A stretch of 57,497 nucleotides of DNA, counting the filler, from Stramenopiles sp. TOSAG23-3 (taxonomy: Eukaryota), in assembly GCA_900128585.1 (NCBI GenBank). It is 3 parts of 3 records of this genome, joined end to end, with 100 filler letters (N's around TTAATTAATTAA, not from the genome) between each part and the next. Parts side by side here need not be neighbours in the genome. Positions count along the whole stretch, not along the records: positions 19,217 to 38,330 come from LT642408.1; 2 more parts are not named here. One strand, written 5' to 3'. The notes below the pieces were generated by a model that saw only the letters and a list, made by a program, of their open reading frames with translations, was not told the DNA's origin and searched no databases. Positions 21,741 to 32,370 of this stretch are shown in pieces (position 1 is the stretch's first letter; every line of letters starts with the position of its first letter). The translations under genes and the position numbers were made by a program.

Positions 21741-22001
21741 GGGGTGTACTACTTACAACGCCACAGACAAACTCCGACCACCAAAAAACGATAATACGTA
21801 TATCTAGAGACTGTCCTACCTATCGCAATACACAACGTCTCGTTAGATTAAAAACCAAATGTGCTGTATTTCTAAGAGCTGGAAAGAAACCATGTAAGTA
21901 AATAAGACACTCCTAGTACGAATCATTTGTCAGTTATCGTCGGAAGAATGAGCTAAATATGCAGCACAAGAAAGTACAACTATAATAACAAATTACCGTA
22001 C

Positions 22002-22210
22002 NNNNNNNNNNNNNNNNNNNNNNNNNNNNNNNNNNNNNNNNNNNNNNNNNNNNNNNNNNNNNNNNNNNNNNNNNNNNNNNNNNNNNNNNNNNNNNNNNNN
22101 NNNNNNNNNNNNNNNNNNNNNNNNNNNNNNNNNNNNNNNNNNNNNNNNNNNNNNNNNNNNNNNNNNNNNNNNNNNNNNNNNNNNNNNNNNNNNNNNNNNN
22201 NNNNNNNNNN
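22002..22210. other. Assembly gap
   Basis: Run of N. Confidence 0.99.
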
Positions 22211-23141
22211 GTCCTTGGTATGTACAATGAAGTAATAAATGCTGAGGGGGGCATAAAAATGTACACCCGTCCATTTACAACATTTAATATTTAATACTAT
22301 TAGATGTATAAGAATAAACATTACCAACAACATCAACAAGATTATCTGCCTATTTATATTTATTCAATAGAAGTATAAATTCATCGTATTGTTTGATAAT
22401 TAGTATCATCCGCCCCCCCCCACCTACCTTCTATTTTTAACTATTTTTAACTTTTTAAAAGTAACGCCTTCAAATAATAATAAATAACAGGTACTCAGCA
22501 TAAAAAAGAAAATGTAAAAAAGATTGAAGAATTGAAGAAGAACTCAACTTGTACATTGTACACTTGTTTGATATATTTCCTATTTAAATATAATATACTT
22601 CTATGTAATACAAGTATGTAATATTTATATTAAGTCACTCATACTTTTTCGTAACCAATATAAAAAATTACATATAAATAATGTGATTAAGAAATATGCC
22701 AGGGAGGATTAAATTAAGGCATAATAAAAAATATTTCTTAAATATTATTCTATTAGACTAACATAACATCTTTACGATTGAAGCGAACGCAATAAAAGTA
22801 ATTCCATACGAACCCATGCCCTTAATTTGGATCTTGTTTTTCTTTCTTTTCCGTTGTGTTGAAGCTGTAAGAAAGAAGTTACCAGTATAGAAATTGTTAT
22901 TATTATTACCATTTGGTCGTCCTTTTTTAATATGCCTTTTATTATTGTTTGTTGTAAAAGAAATGAAGACATTATTAAAACTTACCATCAACATCAAAGC
23001 TTAACACTTTCACGACAACGCAGAACAAATTTTGGCTCGACTGAACAAATTAAAAGCCGATAGAGATCTGCTACATAGAAATAAAGTGTGAGAGAGAGGG
23101 AAATTAAGGGGGGGGGGGGATTGTCAGCATACACATACGGG

Positions 23142-24248
23142 ATGAGTCTAAAGTGGCCACGGGGTTTGCTGCATGAGGCAGTGATTTTTCTTTTCCAAAA
23201 GGATTACTATGACCTCACCATTTCCAAGGCCTCTTCTGGCAGCCCCGTCTTGATCGTCGCAGAAGAAAAGCGGACCAAAAATGTATTGAGAAGTAAAAGA
23301 GCAAAAAAGTATACTCTGGAGACCACTGAAAAAGAAATAAACGCTCTTCTGGACCCCGTCACATATTCTCGCCGGGTACCGACGTTGGAAGAATACATGG
23401 ACGCCACTATGAAGCATTTGAAATTTGATTCAACAAAGGAAAAGCTACGGCTATTGAATAGACTAGAGCTGAACAAGATCATGGAACGAAAAAAGCAGTT
23501 AGAGGAGGAAAGATCAAAGCCCCCGAAGAAAGTGAAGCGAAAAAAGAAGTCAACCATCGTCGATAAGCTGGGGTTTGACCGCAGCGGATTAGCAGCCAGT
23601 AGTGTTTTCACAGTCCGGCGAAACTTTTTGAGGCAACTCTCGAACGTTCGAAGTTATTGGATGGAGCAACCAGAGAAAAGCCAAATGGATAATTCGTCCC
23701 TTTTGAGCGAAAATTCGGCAATTGGGGGAAGTGGGCAAGTGGAGAAAATGCCATCGCCCTCCTCTTCTCCGCGGTGGGTAGATACCGAAGCTTTATTAAA
23801 TGACGAGGACGAAGACAAGAATTCCACGACGTCCGACGATTTTGGTCCGCGGGTCTTAGAAATACATGATTGCGGCCACACTGTACCCGCTCATCCAATG
23901 TGGGGCACTCCCGGTATTCGCACACGGCCTGCAAAGAACAAGTATCTATTTAAACACGGTGGAAAAAATACAGTCAAAATGTCACCAGAAAAGAAAGCTT
24001 CTGGTGGATTTCGCTCAGAAGTCTATGTGAGCAATTTGACATACTCCAAGCACATGACTTTGGGAAAACACTCCCGGCCGAAGATATTGCTTGGAAACGC
24101 CAAGTCTGGGAAATTTGGGAAATTGTATCGGCACTGGTCCACTGGAAAGATAGAGAATGATCGATCCGTTTCGTCTCCGAATATTAGTTTTACGGGAGAG
24201 TACCACGGGAATTACTACGATTCACGGACACCATGGACGAAGGGGTGA
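23142..24248 (+). CDS. Hypothetical protein
   Basis: Long ORF with coding-like composition; first ATG at 23142; no recognised domain; true 5' end uncertain. Confidence 0.6.
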   Translation: MSLKWPRGLLHEAVIFLFQKDYYDLTISKASSGSPVLIVAEEKRTKNVLRSKRAKKYTLETTEKEINALLDPVTYSRRVPTLEEYMDATMKHLKFDSTKEKLRLLNRLELNKIMERKKQLEEERSKPPKKVKRKKKSTIVDKLGFDRSGLAASSVFTVRRNFLRQLSNVRSYWMEQPEKSQMDNSSLLSENSAIGGSGQVEKMPSPSSSPRWVDTEALLNDEDEDKNSTTSDDFGPRVLEIHDCGHTVPAHPMWGTPGIRTRPAKNKYLFKHGGKNTVKMSPEKKASGGFRSEVYVSNLTYSKHMTLGKHSRPKILLGNAKSGKFGKLYRHWSTGKIENDRSVSSPNISFTGEYHGNYYDSRTPWTKG

Positions 24249-24281
24249 AATGTGTGAAGACGATAAATTTTATTGTATTTT

Positions 24282-24591
24282 AAAAAACAAGAAAATTGGC
24301 TGTTATTTTATAGTAATTAAAATATATAAAAAGAAGGTGTCAGTTCAAGAACAATATCTCCTCCTATTGGAGATCCTCCCCAAGTTCTGGTCAAGATTCC
24401 AATTTATATATTGTAAAACAAAAAAATTGGCTGTTATTTAAGTATCATATGGCATAGAACATATTTTATTTTATTTTTTACAAGAAAATTGGCTGTTATT
24501 TAAGTAAATTGCTTTTAAATAAACAGCCAATTTTTCGTCTTGAAGTCCGCAGTTCAAGAAATAAAATTACTTAACTAACAGCCAATTTTTT
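24282..24591. repeat. Dispersed repeat family cluster, five copies
   Basis: + cores at about 24282, 24415 and 24480; - cores at about 24515 and 24567, between convergent stops at 24248 and 24656. Confidence 0.9.
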
Positions 24592-24655
24592 GCCTTTTGT
24601 TTTTAAAAAGAAACCTGATATAAATTTAAAACTACGACGCGCGTTTTCCCCGCCC

Positions 24656-25354
24656 CTACAGCCATCCCCTCAGCTTGAACAAATAGACCATTCCAAACTT
24701 TGGATTATGGATCATTGCATACAGCATAATCAAAACCGCCATTTTCGTGCCGTGGTAGGCATCCCAGTTTTTTCCTATACTCAACCAACTATACGCAAAA
24801 GACAGAGCAAACATAGCATCAAATACGAACTGAAAGTACGTAACTTGGTCGGCATCCAAAATTTCCATAGCTAACAGGGTGGGTGGGGTTTTGTCCTTCG
24901 GGTCGTCCTTTCTTGACAGGGCAATAAATATCGAGCGGAACAGCTGCACAAGCACAACGGTCAAAGTTGTTGTTTTTACGCCTTCAGCAAAAATTCTCCG
25001 CACTGCAACGAACGCGACCGCCATCGCAAGAATCTGATACAGTGGGAAAGCAAGACAGAAAAACACTACAAATATTGCGTGGGACTCCGCCAATACCCCG
25101 TCTCGAAAGTGATTAATTTCCCCGCTCCAGCAAATATGTTTCGCGGCCGACAGCAAAGATAGATGGTCAGCAACCTCTACCGGATCTTGTTTTTTAGACG
25201 CAACCTTCTTCTTCTTCACCCGTTTCTTTTTTTTTTTCCCCGAGTCTTTTTCTGACATAAGCGAGTCCCATACGAATTCATTCTCTATGAGCTCGTCCCG
25301 TACGGCAGCCGCAGAATGTTCCTTCTCGGCTTCCGGTTTTGCATCGTTGCTCAT
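24656..25354 (-). CDS. Hypothetical multi-pass membrane protein
   Basis: 232 aa; charged Lys-rich N-terminus followed by several hydrophobic segments. Confidence 0.65.
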   Translation of the reverse strand: MSNDAKPEAEKEHSAAAVRDELIENEFVWDSLMSEKDSGKKKKKRVKKKKVASKKQDPVEVADHLSLLSAAKHICWSGEINHFRDGVLAESHAIFVVFFCLAFPLYQILAMAVAFVAVRRIFAEGVKTTTLTVVLVQLFRSIFIALSRKDDPKDKTPPTLLAMEILDADQVTYFQFVFDAMFALSFAYSWLSIGKNWDAYHGTKMAVLIMLYAMIHNPKFGMVYLFKLRGWL

Positions 25355-25812
25355 AGCTTCAGAAAGGAAAAGGACACAAATTATTTCTTCAAGTAGTACT
25401 ACTTTTTTTAAAACAACAGCGGTTTCAAATCAATCACCAGGGTTGCCCTTTTCGTATTTTGTTTTCTAATTTTACAATTATACAACATACTCTTCAAACC
25501 CGTTTTTATTAATATTGTCATCAGGCAGCGCAAGATTTTTTTCTACTCCTCTCCTCTTTTTTCTTCTTCTTCGTTTTTTTTGTGTTGATTTGTATTTAAA
25601 AATATTATAAGTACGTATATAGATAGGTGTATTATTAATATATACAATAGTGTAACATCATCAGGACGGACGGAGAGACGGAGATAGAATGAGTCGGTTC
25701 TAGTGAAGAAGTCAAGTGAGTGAGAGTGAGTGGCAACAACAAAGGAAAGGATCTGATGGACGGACCTCTGCTGGGATCAGCTGTGTTGATCAGCAAATAA
25801 ATATAGAAGGTC

Positions 25813-25831
25813 GGGGGGGGGGGGGGGGGGG
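25813..25831 (+). repeat. Poly-G tract in a divergent intergenic region
   Basis: 19 consecutive G. Confidence 0.9.
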
Positions 25832-26011
25832 TTCACATGTAATAAAAATTATGAAGGATGAAAATTACACTGACACCACGAATAGACGATAAAAGATTTT
25901 ATTATTCCTTTGTAGTTGCATTGGCTTCCGTGGTTGAATAGTTTTTAAACGGCAGTAGATCGTCGCTGTTCTCGACCCTCCTCCCTCAGCAGCTCAGTGA
26001 ACAGGAGAACG

Positions 26012-29000
26012 ATGGCCACCGCCGGAGGGGAGGAAAGTAGTTCTGCAGGAACGGGTGCAGGTGTCCCAACCGCTTCAATTTCAAATTCGGAAGTGCACTT
26101 ACTCTTGGACAGGCTGGAACTTCCCAACCTGGGGCAGCGTATTTATTACACCTGCATAGACGTGTCTCGGCACCTGTTGGCTTGCGGTGCTAACACTGGA
26201 AGCGTCTACTTGTTTGAAAGGCGAGAATCCTACAGCAGCAACGCAACCCACAAGTTGAATTTGGTGGAGACAACTGCGTCGGTAGGGGAGCCTGTGACTC
26301 GCGTTTCCTTTAGCAGGGACGGGAAGAAGTTAGCGCTGAGTTCGTCGTCCGGGACAATACGAATAGTGAAGCTCAACTTGGGGTCCCTGCGCCAGAAGCA
26401 GGAGGTTACGCAAACGAACACAGTGCACAAAGGCTCCACCGTGACTTCTTTAAAGTGGGACTACGGTGGAAAGCGCCTGTTCTCTGGGGACACCAAGGGT
26501 GTGGTCTCGAGCATAATTCTCAGCGATAACAAGGTGACCTCCCTGTTTTCTAAGCCGGAGATTTACTATCGTGGCGAGAGTCCGATCGTCCAGCTGGACT
26601 TTCAAGTGTTCGATGCCGTCCAGTGGGTTTTAATTTCCACAAGAAAGCGTTGTATTGTTTTTGAATTAGAGGCCGATAGCGTAGGCAGCTCTGGCGGCGA
26701 CAAGACAAGCATAGTAAAGCCGAAGCAGGTAGGACGGAAGCTGCGGGATGGCCCGTTCGGAGCTTGCTTCTGCGAACCAGAGGACCAAAAGGTCTCCACC
26801 TTGATGAAATCATTGACCGCAGAGCAAGACAAAAAGGCCGCGGCGGCCGGGCAAGGAGATGCCGTCGGACCCCAGGCGAGCAAATCCCCATTTTTCATCT
26901 ACGCGGCGCGCCCTGGGCGTCGGGTGTGGCTAGCAAATGGGCTGTCTCAAACCGTCCTCTGCACATTGAAACCCACCTTGGAAATGAAGCAAACCTGCTT
27001 TTTATTGGAGACGGAATCCGACCCCACCGAAAAGCCGTCTCTAGATTTTGGGCGTGTAATGCGTTTCCGATCGTCGCTTGGGGGAGACTTCAGCAAAGAA
27101 GCCAAAGCACTGTTGTTGAGTTGGAACTCCTCCACGATCTTCTTGATCAATACTGACATGCCCGTGTTTACCGGCGCCCGGGTTTTGCAATGGCACATTG
27201 ACTTGGGGGAAATTCATGATTTAGCACTAAGCGGAAGCTCGTGCAGCGAAAACAACGCGGCATTCTACGTACTTCACGGTAAGCAGCGCGCTTTGTCCCG
27301 AGTCATTGCACTAGAGACTGTCCCGTTTCTCCACAGCCAGTACCTTTCTCGGATGCCGCTCGACTGGTGCCTGAAGTCGTGCGTGGAGCACGAAATCAAT
27401 AATCGGGTGGTATTGCAAAAGATTCATAGACGCTTGCAATCCGAGCTGCCTGAAGACAGGGCCGAAGAGGATGAGGGGGGAGAAGAAAACAGTGCAGAAG
27501 ACAGCGCTATTGTCCAAAACTTCCTCGATTTGATGAGGAGAGCAAAAGATACCGAGAAAGTAGTTGCTCCGTACGAAATTCAGAATTCGTTGCCGTTCCG
27601 AAGTCCCCAGTCGTCAATCGAGATTTTGAAGCGCGTCTCTGATGGCATTCAGGATTTGTCAAGTTTCGCAGAAGACGCCGATCCCACCAAAACGTCGGAA
27701 GAAAGCCAGAAAGAATCGATCGCACTTTTCAAGAAAATCCTCGAAGACGTCGTGGCGCGGTGGAAGGACAGCAATGGGGAGGACGGCACAAGCACCGACA
27801 ACGCGAACGCCCGTAGGTATTACCGAATTAAATATATGGCCCACAAAGCAGATATGCCCGTGGAATTGCCTAGCGAAATACCTGTAAAAGTAGAGAACCA
27901 GGATGATCTTGTTAAATGGGGTGAGGAAATTGTAAAATTCATTCAGCAGAGCCACTCAAAAATTGGAGAAGACACGTTTGAAGACGCCAAAGTCGCCTCA
28001 AGGGTCGCGGCGTCCAGGATAGAAACGGCCGCGTCCACGCCTGCCAGTACTGGCAGCAAAAAGTCAAAGAAGAAAAAGAAGAAAGGTGGGAGCACGGAAG
28101 GTGGGACCGCAAAGGCGAAGAAGAAGAAAGGGGGAAGGGAGCGTCTGGTCTCCATCGGCGACTTAGAAGACGGAGGGCTACCGGCGCCGCGCAGGGTATC
28201 TGCTGTCAAGAAGAAGAAGCAGAAAAAAAAGTCGGCAAAAATAGAAGATGTTATTGACTCGGCCCAGGGGGCTCTGAGCAGAACGGTGTCCGGGGCATCA
28301 AAGGCGGTGGAGAGCTTCAAGGCGGACTTGCTGTTTCCAGAAGCACAATCATCCTCACAAATACTGGATGCAAACGATAAGGCGGCTGGGCAAGGGGGTG
28401 ATAACTCTAGAACTGCAGATACTGCTGCGGAAGACTTGGCTCTCCAGCGGAGACCGGCATCGAAACCTTGGCAGCAAATTCGCCAAAAAAAACGAGAAGA
28501 GTTCGACGTGTCCGAAGTCGACAAGCTTGATCAATACGTGCAGAATGTAAGAAAGTCCGTTGCTGATGACTCCGTCCAATCGAAAATTAAGTCTGGCACA
28601 AGCAGCTTGGTCAACTGGTTTGCTAGCGCCACGGCCACGGTCCCAGTGACTTTGAAAGCAAAGGAAGGGCACACACTCAGCGATTTACGGTCGAAACGAA
28701 CCGCCCACGTAGTGTACGAAAAAGGTGATGGTTTTGAGAAAATAAAAATGATGAATCGAAGCAGCACTGACAAAAAGACGGCGGGAAAGGCATTTCCAGA
28801 TCCAATGTTAACGCGTATCGTATACGACTATACATTGGTCCACTTGCAACGGGGGCAGCTAGTATCCGCAGAACCCGTACTTGGATCGTTTGTGAAATCG
28901 TTCGACCCGTCCAAAGAGAAGACGGTTAGCGGAGCCGAAGTAGTGAAAGACACTATTCCCGAAGGAGAAGGTGCGGACCAGGGCGATGAGCAAGGTGGTG

Positions 29001-30751
29001 CGCAAGATTTGGAGAGTACACTGGAAGAGATTCCAATGGATCGACAACTAACAGACTCGGAGCGTGCAAAGACAGTCGAGCTTGCGACTATTTACTTTGA
29101 ATTACATTGTGCGAACCAAAACAACAATGGAGGCCAGGGCATCACGACCGTCGACGGCAAGTACCTGTTGCCGTGGGACGATGAACAGCTGATTTCATTT
29201 TTTGGCACGTACGGCAACTTTTTAGATTTCGATCGAGTTTTGATTACTGTAATGAAAAGAAAGTCTTCCGGCCTGTTCGACGCGTTGCAGCCTCATCTGG
29301 TAGATTACACTGGCGGGAGTTCCCACCGCTTGTTTACGGCCGCGCTCAACCAAGACGATAATGACAGGCTGTTTGCGGCGCTGTTTCATTGGCAAAGTAC
29401 TTTCTACTCCACCCTGGAAGATGCATCACCGATACCACCCCTGTCTTGCTTGTGTCAACCAACCGTTCTTCTTCGCCTGGTTGAACACGACGAAAAGAAG
29501 ACGATCTCTCTCCTTCTCTCTTGGTTCCAATGGCTTTCGCCTTGGTTGATTTTTCTGCTTTTGGGGGACAACACCGCGTACGAAGGTGGAAAATTAAGCA
29601 CGAGCAAATGGAAATCATGGTACAACTCTTTGTTGCAGCAGCTGTTTTCACACGGCGCGGTGGACGCGACCGGAACGGACTGCAGAGACAACGCCCTTCT
29701 TCTAAAATCTTGGCTCGAACTTGAAATGGACGCAAAGAACGATAGCACCGTTGAACGAATCATTATGAACACCGATTGCGACTCCAACTGGGTGCGGAAA
29801 TTTTGTTCAAAACGTTCGTATCTCCCTGCATTGATGTATCTAATGTCTGACGCGAGCAAAAAGGTAGGTGTCTTGAAGAGTTCGGAGCTTACAAAAAATT
29901 CATCAAAGAAGCCTAACCCCAACCGAAAGACTCTGGTTCGCGAAATAGAAAAGTCAGCGAACATTGCAATTGATATAATAATAAAATGTATTGAAGAGAA
30001 TAAATCTTTTCTAAAAGCGTTGTTTGCGATGGTCTCAGCCCATTCCCCAAGCTCGCTCGATGCCATGCTGAGAAAATTCATGAAATTGGAAGTGGCAGTT
30101 GCGGACGAGATGTTCATACTTGCGTTTGGTGGCATTGTTCAAAGTATCGGCGCAAAACCTTCGTTTGCCCTCATAGAAGCGTTCTCGGAAGACGAACGAG
30201 AGTACATACCGCCGGAGGTGTACAAGATCATTATGACAGCACACAGCAACAAGGAGGAGCAAAGGAAAGCGATAGACGGTGCGCTCTCGACGCTGGATAA
30301 TTATTTGTGGAAAAAGAAAGACACCGTGCTTGCTCCCCAGATCAGGGCGATAAAGGACGCCGAATATGAATACCGTTACGGGAAGAACAAAGATCTGTCA
30401 CACCTGCCAGCCGGGATACAAAATTTTATCAAATCTGGTGGGCAGGATACGGAAGGGTTGATGAACCTTGACAAGGATTTTCACCGCTTTTACGAGGACG
30501 AGGGATGCCACTGGGGCGTTGCAACGAGTTTGCAACGGCGAAGCGGTGGCGGGAAGGACGGAAGCGCCGGGGGCACGGGAGGGACCGCCGAATCCGAGTA
30601 CATTGGAAGGGATCTGTGCCCACGGTGTGGGACTGGATATTCGAAAGGCGATCGAATTCTGTTTTATAAGTGTGGCCACGCATGCCACAATGAGTGTGCG
30701 AAAGAAAAAGTTTGTACTATTTGCCTGGCATCGTTTGCTGCGATGGGGTAA
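26012..30751 (+). CDS. HPS5/TECPR2-like beta-propeller protein with C-terminal RING-like finger
   Basis: WD-type N-terminus (GANTGSVYLF, LFSGDTKG, PIVQLD); family-like KLRDGPFGACF and IYAARPGRRVW; C-terminal CPRC..CGHACHNEC..CTIC. Confidence 0.8.
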   Translation: MATAGGEESSSAGTGAGVPTASISNSEVHLLLDRLELPNLGQRIYYTCIDVSRHLLACGANTGSVYLFERRESYSSNATHKLNLVETTASVGEPVTRVSFSRDGKKLALSSSSGTIRIVKLNLGSLRQKQEVTQTNTVHKGSTVTSLKWDYGGKRLFSGDTKGVVSSIILSDNKVTSLFSKPEIYYRGESPIVQLDFQVFDAVQWVLISTRKRCIVFELEADSVGSSGGDKTSIVKPKQVGRKLRDGPFGACFCEPEDQKVSTLMKSLTAEQDKKAAAAGQGDAVGPQASKSPFFIYAARPGRRVWLANGLSQTVLCTLKPTLEMKQTCFLLETESDPTEKPSLDFGRVMRFRSSLGGDFSKEAKALLLSWNSSTIFLINTDMPVFTGARVLQWHIDLGEIHDLALSGSSCSENNAAFYVLHGKQRALSRVIALETVPFLHSQYLSRMPLDWCLKSCVEHEINNRVVLQKIHRRLQSELPEDRAEEDEGGEENSAEDSAIVQNFLDLMRRAKDTEKVVAPYEIQNSLPFRSPQSSIEILKRVSDGIQDLSSFAEDADPTKTSEESQKESIALFKKILEDVVARWKDSNGEDGTSTDNANARRYYRIKYMAHKADMPVELPSEIPVKVENQDDLVKWGEEIVKFIQQSHSKIGEDTFEDAKVASRVAASRIETAASTPASTGSKKSKKKKKKGGSTEGGTAKAKKKKGGRERLVSIGDLEDGGLPAPRRVSAVKKKKQKKKSAKIEDVIDSAQGALSRTVSGASKAVESFKADLLFPEAQSSSQILDANDKAAGQGGDNSRTADTAAEDLALQRRPASKPWQQIRQKKREEFDVSEVDKLDQYVQNVRKSVADDSVQSKIKSGTSSLVNWFASATATVPVTLKAKEGHTLSDLRSKRTAHVVYEKGDGFEKIKMMNRSSTDKKTAGKAFPDPMLTRIVYDYTLVHLQRGQLVSAEPVLGSFVKSFDPSKEKTVSGAEVVKDTIPEGEGADQGDEQGGAQDLESTLEEIPMDRQLTDSERAKTVELATIYFELHCANQNNNGGQGITTVDGKYLLPWDDEQLISFFGTYGNFLDFDRVLITVMKRKSSGLFDALQPHLVDYTGGSSHRLFTAALNQDDNDRLFAALFHWQSTFYSTLEDASPIPPLSCLCQPTVLLRLVEHDEKKTISLLLSWFQWLSPWLIFLLLGDNTAYEGGKLSTSKWKSWYNSLLQQLFSHGAVDATGTDCRDNALLLKSWLELEMDAKNDSTVERIIMNTDCDSNWVRKFCSKRSYLPALMYLMSDASKKVGVLKSSELTKNSSKKPNPNRKTLVREIEKSANIAIDIIIKCIEENKSFLKALFAMVSAHSPSSLDAMLRKFMKLEVAVADEMFILAFGGIVQSIGAKPSFALIEAFSEDEREYIPPEVYKIIMTAHSNKEEQRKAIDGALSTLDNYLWKKKDTVLAPQIRAIKDAEYEYRYGKNKDLSHLPAGIQNFIKSGGQDTEGLMNLDKDFHRFYEDEGCHWGVATSLQRRSGGGKDGSAGGTGGTAESEYIGRDLCPRCGTGYSKGDRILFYKCGHACHNECAKEKVCTICLASFAAMG

Positions 30752-30844
30752 AATATTGGTAAAAAGCAAAAAGTCTAAAAATGAAGTTAAGAGAAATATT
30801 AAGATAATTTGTTTTTTAAAGAGAAATATTAGATAATTAAGTCG

Positions 30845-31622
30845 CTACATTTCATCGTACTCTCGCTTTAATCCACACTCGCATCTTTCAATCGTCTTCC
30901 CATTTTTTGTCTCCGAGGTAAACTTATGTATGTGGGAACTAATGAACCCCTTTCCAACTATTCTTACCCGTTTTCTTTCTTTTTCCCGCTTTCGTGACGC
31001 GAGTCCCAGCTGGGATGGTCCAAGTCTTTTGCTAGAAGATGCAAGGCCACTAAGCTCTGCTGAGCCAGAAAGACCGCCTACACCAAATCGTCCCGTTTTT
31101 GACGCGAACGTTCTCCTTTTTTTCAACTGCTTGAACGGGTCGTTTTCCACTTCTAATAGTTTTGGATCAACGGAGGAGGACGGCCCTTTTTTCTTCTTCT
31201 TTAGACCGGCAACAACCCTCAACACCCCGGAAAAAATTGCTTTTCTTTCGCTTCCTGTTTTTTTTGTTTTCTTCCCGCTTCTGTTTCTCCCTTTCTAGTT
31301 TTTCCAAACTCCCGTAAAGGGATTCGGCTAAATTCTTGACATGTTTCCGCAAGTAGATTTTCATCGGTTTAAAAAACGCGTTACGGGGGTTTGGCTTTTC
31401 TTTGAACGCCAGTTGCTCAAGAAGAGAGTCAGTCAGCAAAAATTCTTTCTTGGCATTAGATTTTATAATCCCGTTGTAATCGCTTCGGATGCTTTTGCAA
31501 TGCGAGCACACAGTTTCACCATATGCTAGCACGAGTTCCGGGTCTAGGTTTACGTTTGGGCAAAAACTGCAACCTTTCCCGTTCGACTTTGCTTGAATTT
31601 GGATTTCAAGTGAAGTCGGCAT
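30845..31622 (-). CDS. XPA: XPA/Rad14 nucleotide excision repair protein, split across two frames
   Basis: Frame 1: CSFC..VCSHC zinc finger, AKKEFLLTD, KPNPRNAFFKPMKIYL, YGSLEKLERE. Frame 2 ends HIHKF..CECGLKREYDEM, like XPA C-termini. A +1 shift is needed at about 31170-31290. Confidence 0.8.
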
Positions 31623-32038
31623 AGTTGTTCTTTAAAGAACCAGGCCTTTATCAGACGAACACCCTCTATTCTATATATGGATAAGTTTGACAGAGATATT
31701 CAAAATATCAGTGTTTACATTGTCGTTTGTAAACCCCACTGGCTGAATTTAAATTGTGTTTAATAGAATACAATAGAATAGACGACTACTAAAATGTGCG
31801 CGGCGGGTGAGGAACATGCTTCATGCTTCTCATGCTTCTCTTTCTTTATTTTTTCTTCTTCTTCTTCTTCTTCTAAAATGGGAAAAAAACTCATTCTCCT
31901 ACTGGTTATTTATACTGCCTTCGTCTGTGTATTTTATTCTAATAAATACCGGCGGTACCTGGTACCGTACCTGGTATTACCTGTACCTGGATACCTGGAA
32001 AATGATGATGGTAAAAAAATGGGAAAATAATGTGATAT

Positions 32039-32120
32039 NNNNNNNNNNNNNNNNNNNNNNNNNNNNNNNNNNNNNNNNNNNNNNNNNNNNNNNNNNNNNN
32101 NNNNNNNNNNNNNNNNNNNN
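32039..32120. other. Assembly gap
   Basis: Run of N. Confidence 0.99.
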
Positions 32121-32370
32121 TTTTTATCGGTTATACATCAAAACCAACAACACGAACGAAAACCAGAAGAAAGAAATCACACCAGAAAGATGATGTCGAT
32201 CATCAGAAGCGATTATTCATATACGAGAACATGAATGTCATTCTTTTAATGCATTTTAAGAATTAGAAAATTGAAAAAACAAAGACGACAATTAATGCAT
32301 TGCTTTACGAGCATTTATTTTAGCCCCTGGCAATATCTGCAGGGCATTCCCCGTCGGCGCATCTTGCAGA

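Noticed and set aside
24282-24591. Repeat-spacer pattern resembling a CRISPR array
   Set aside because: Irregular spacing, mixed orientation, degenerate copies, eukaryotic context and no cas genes.
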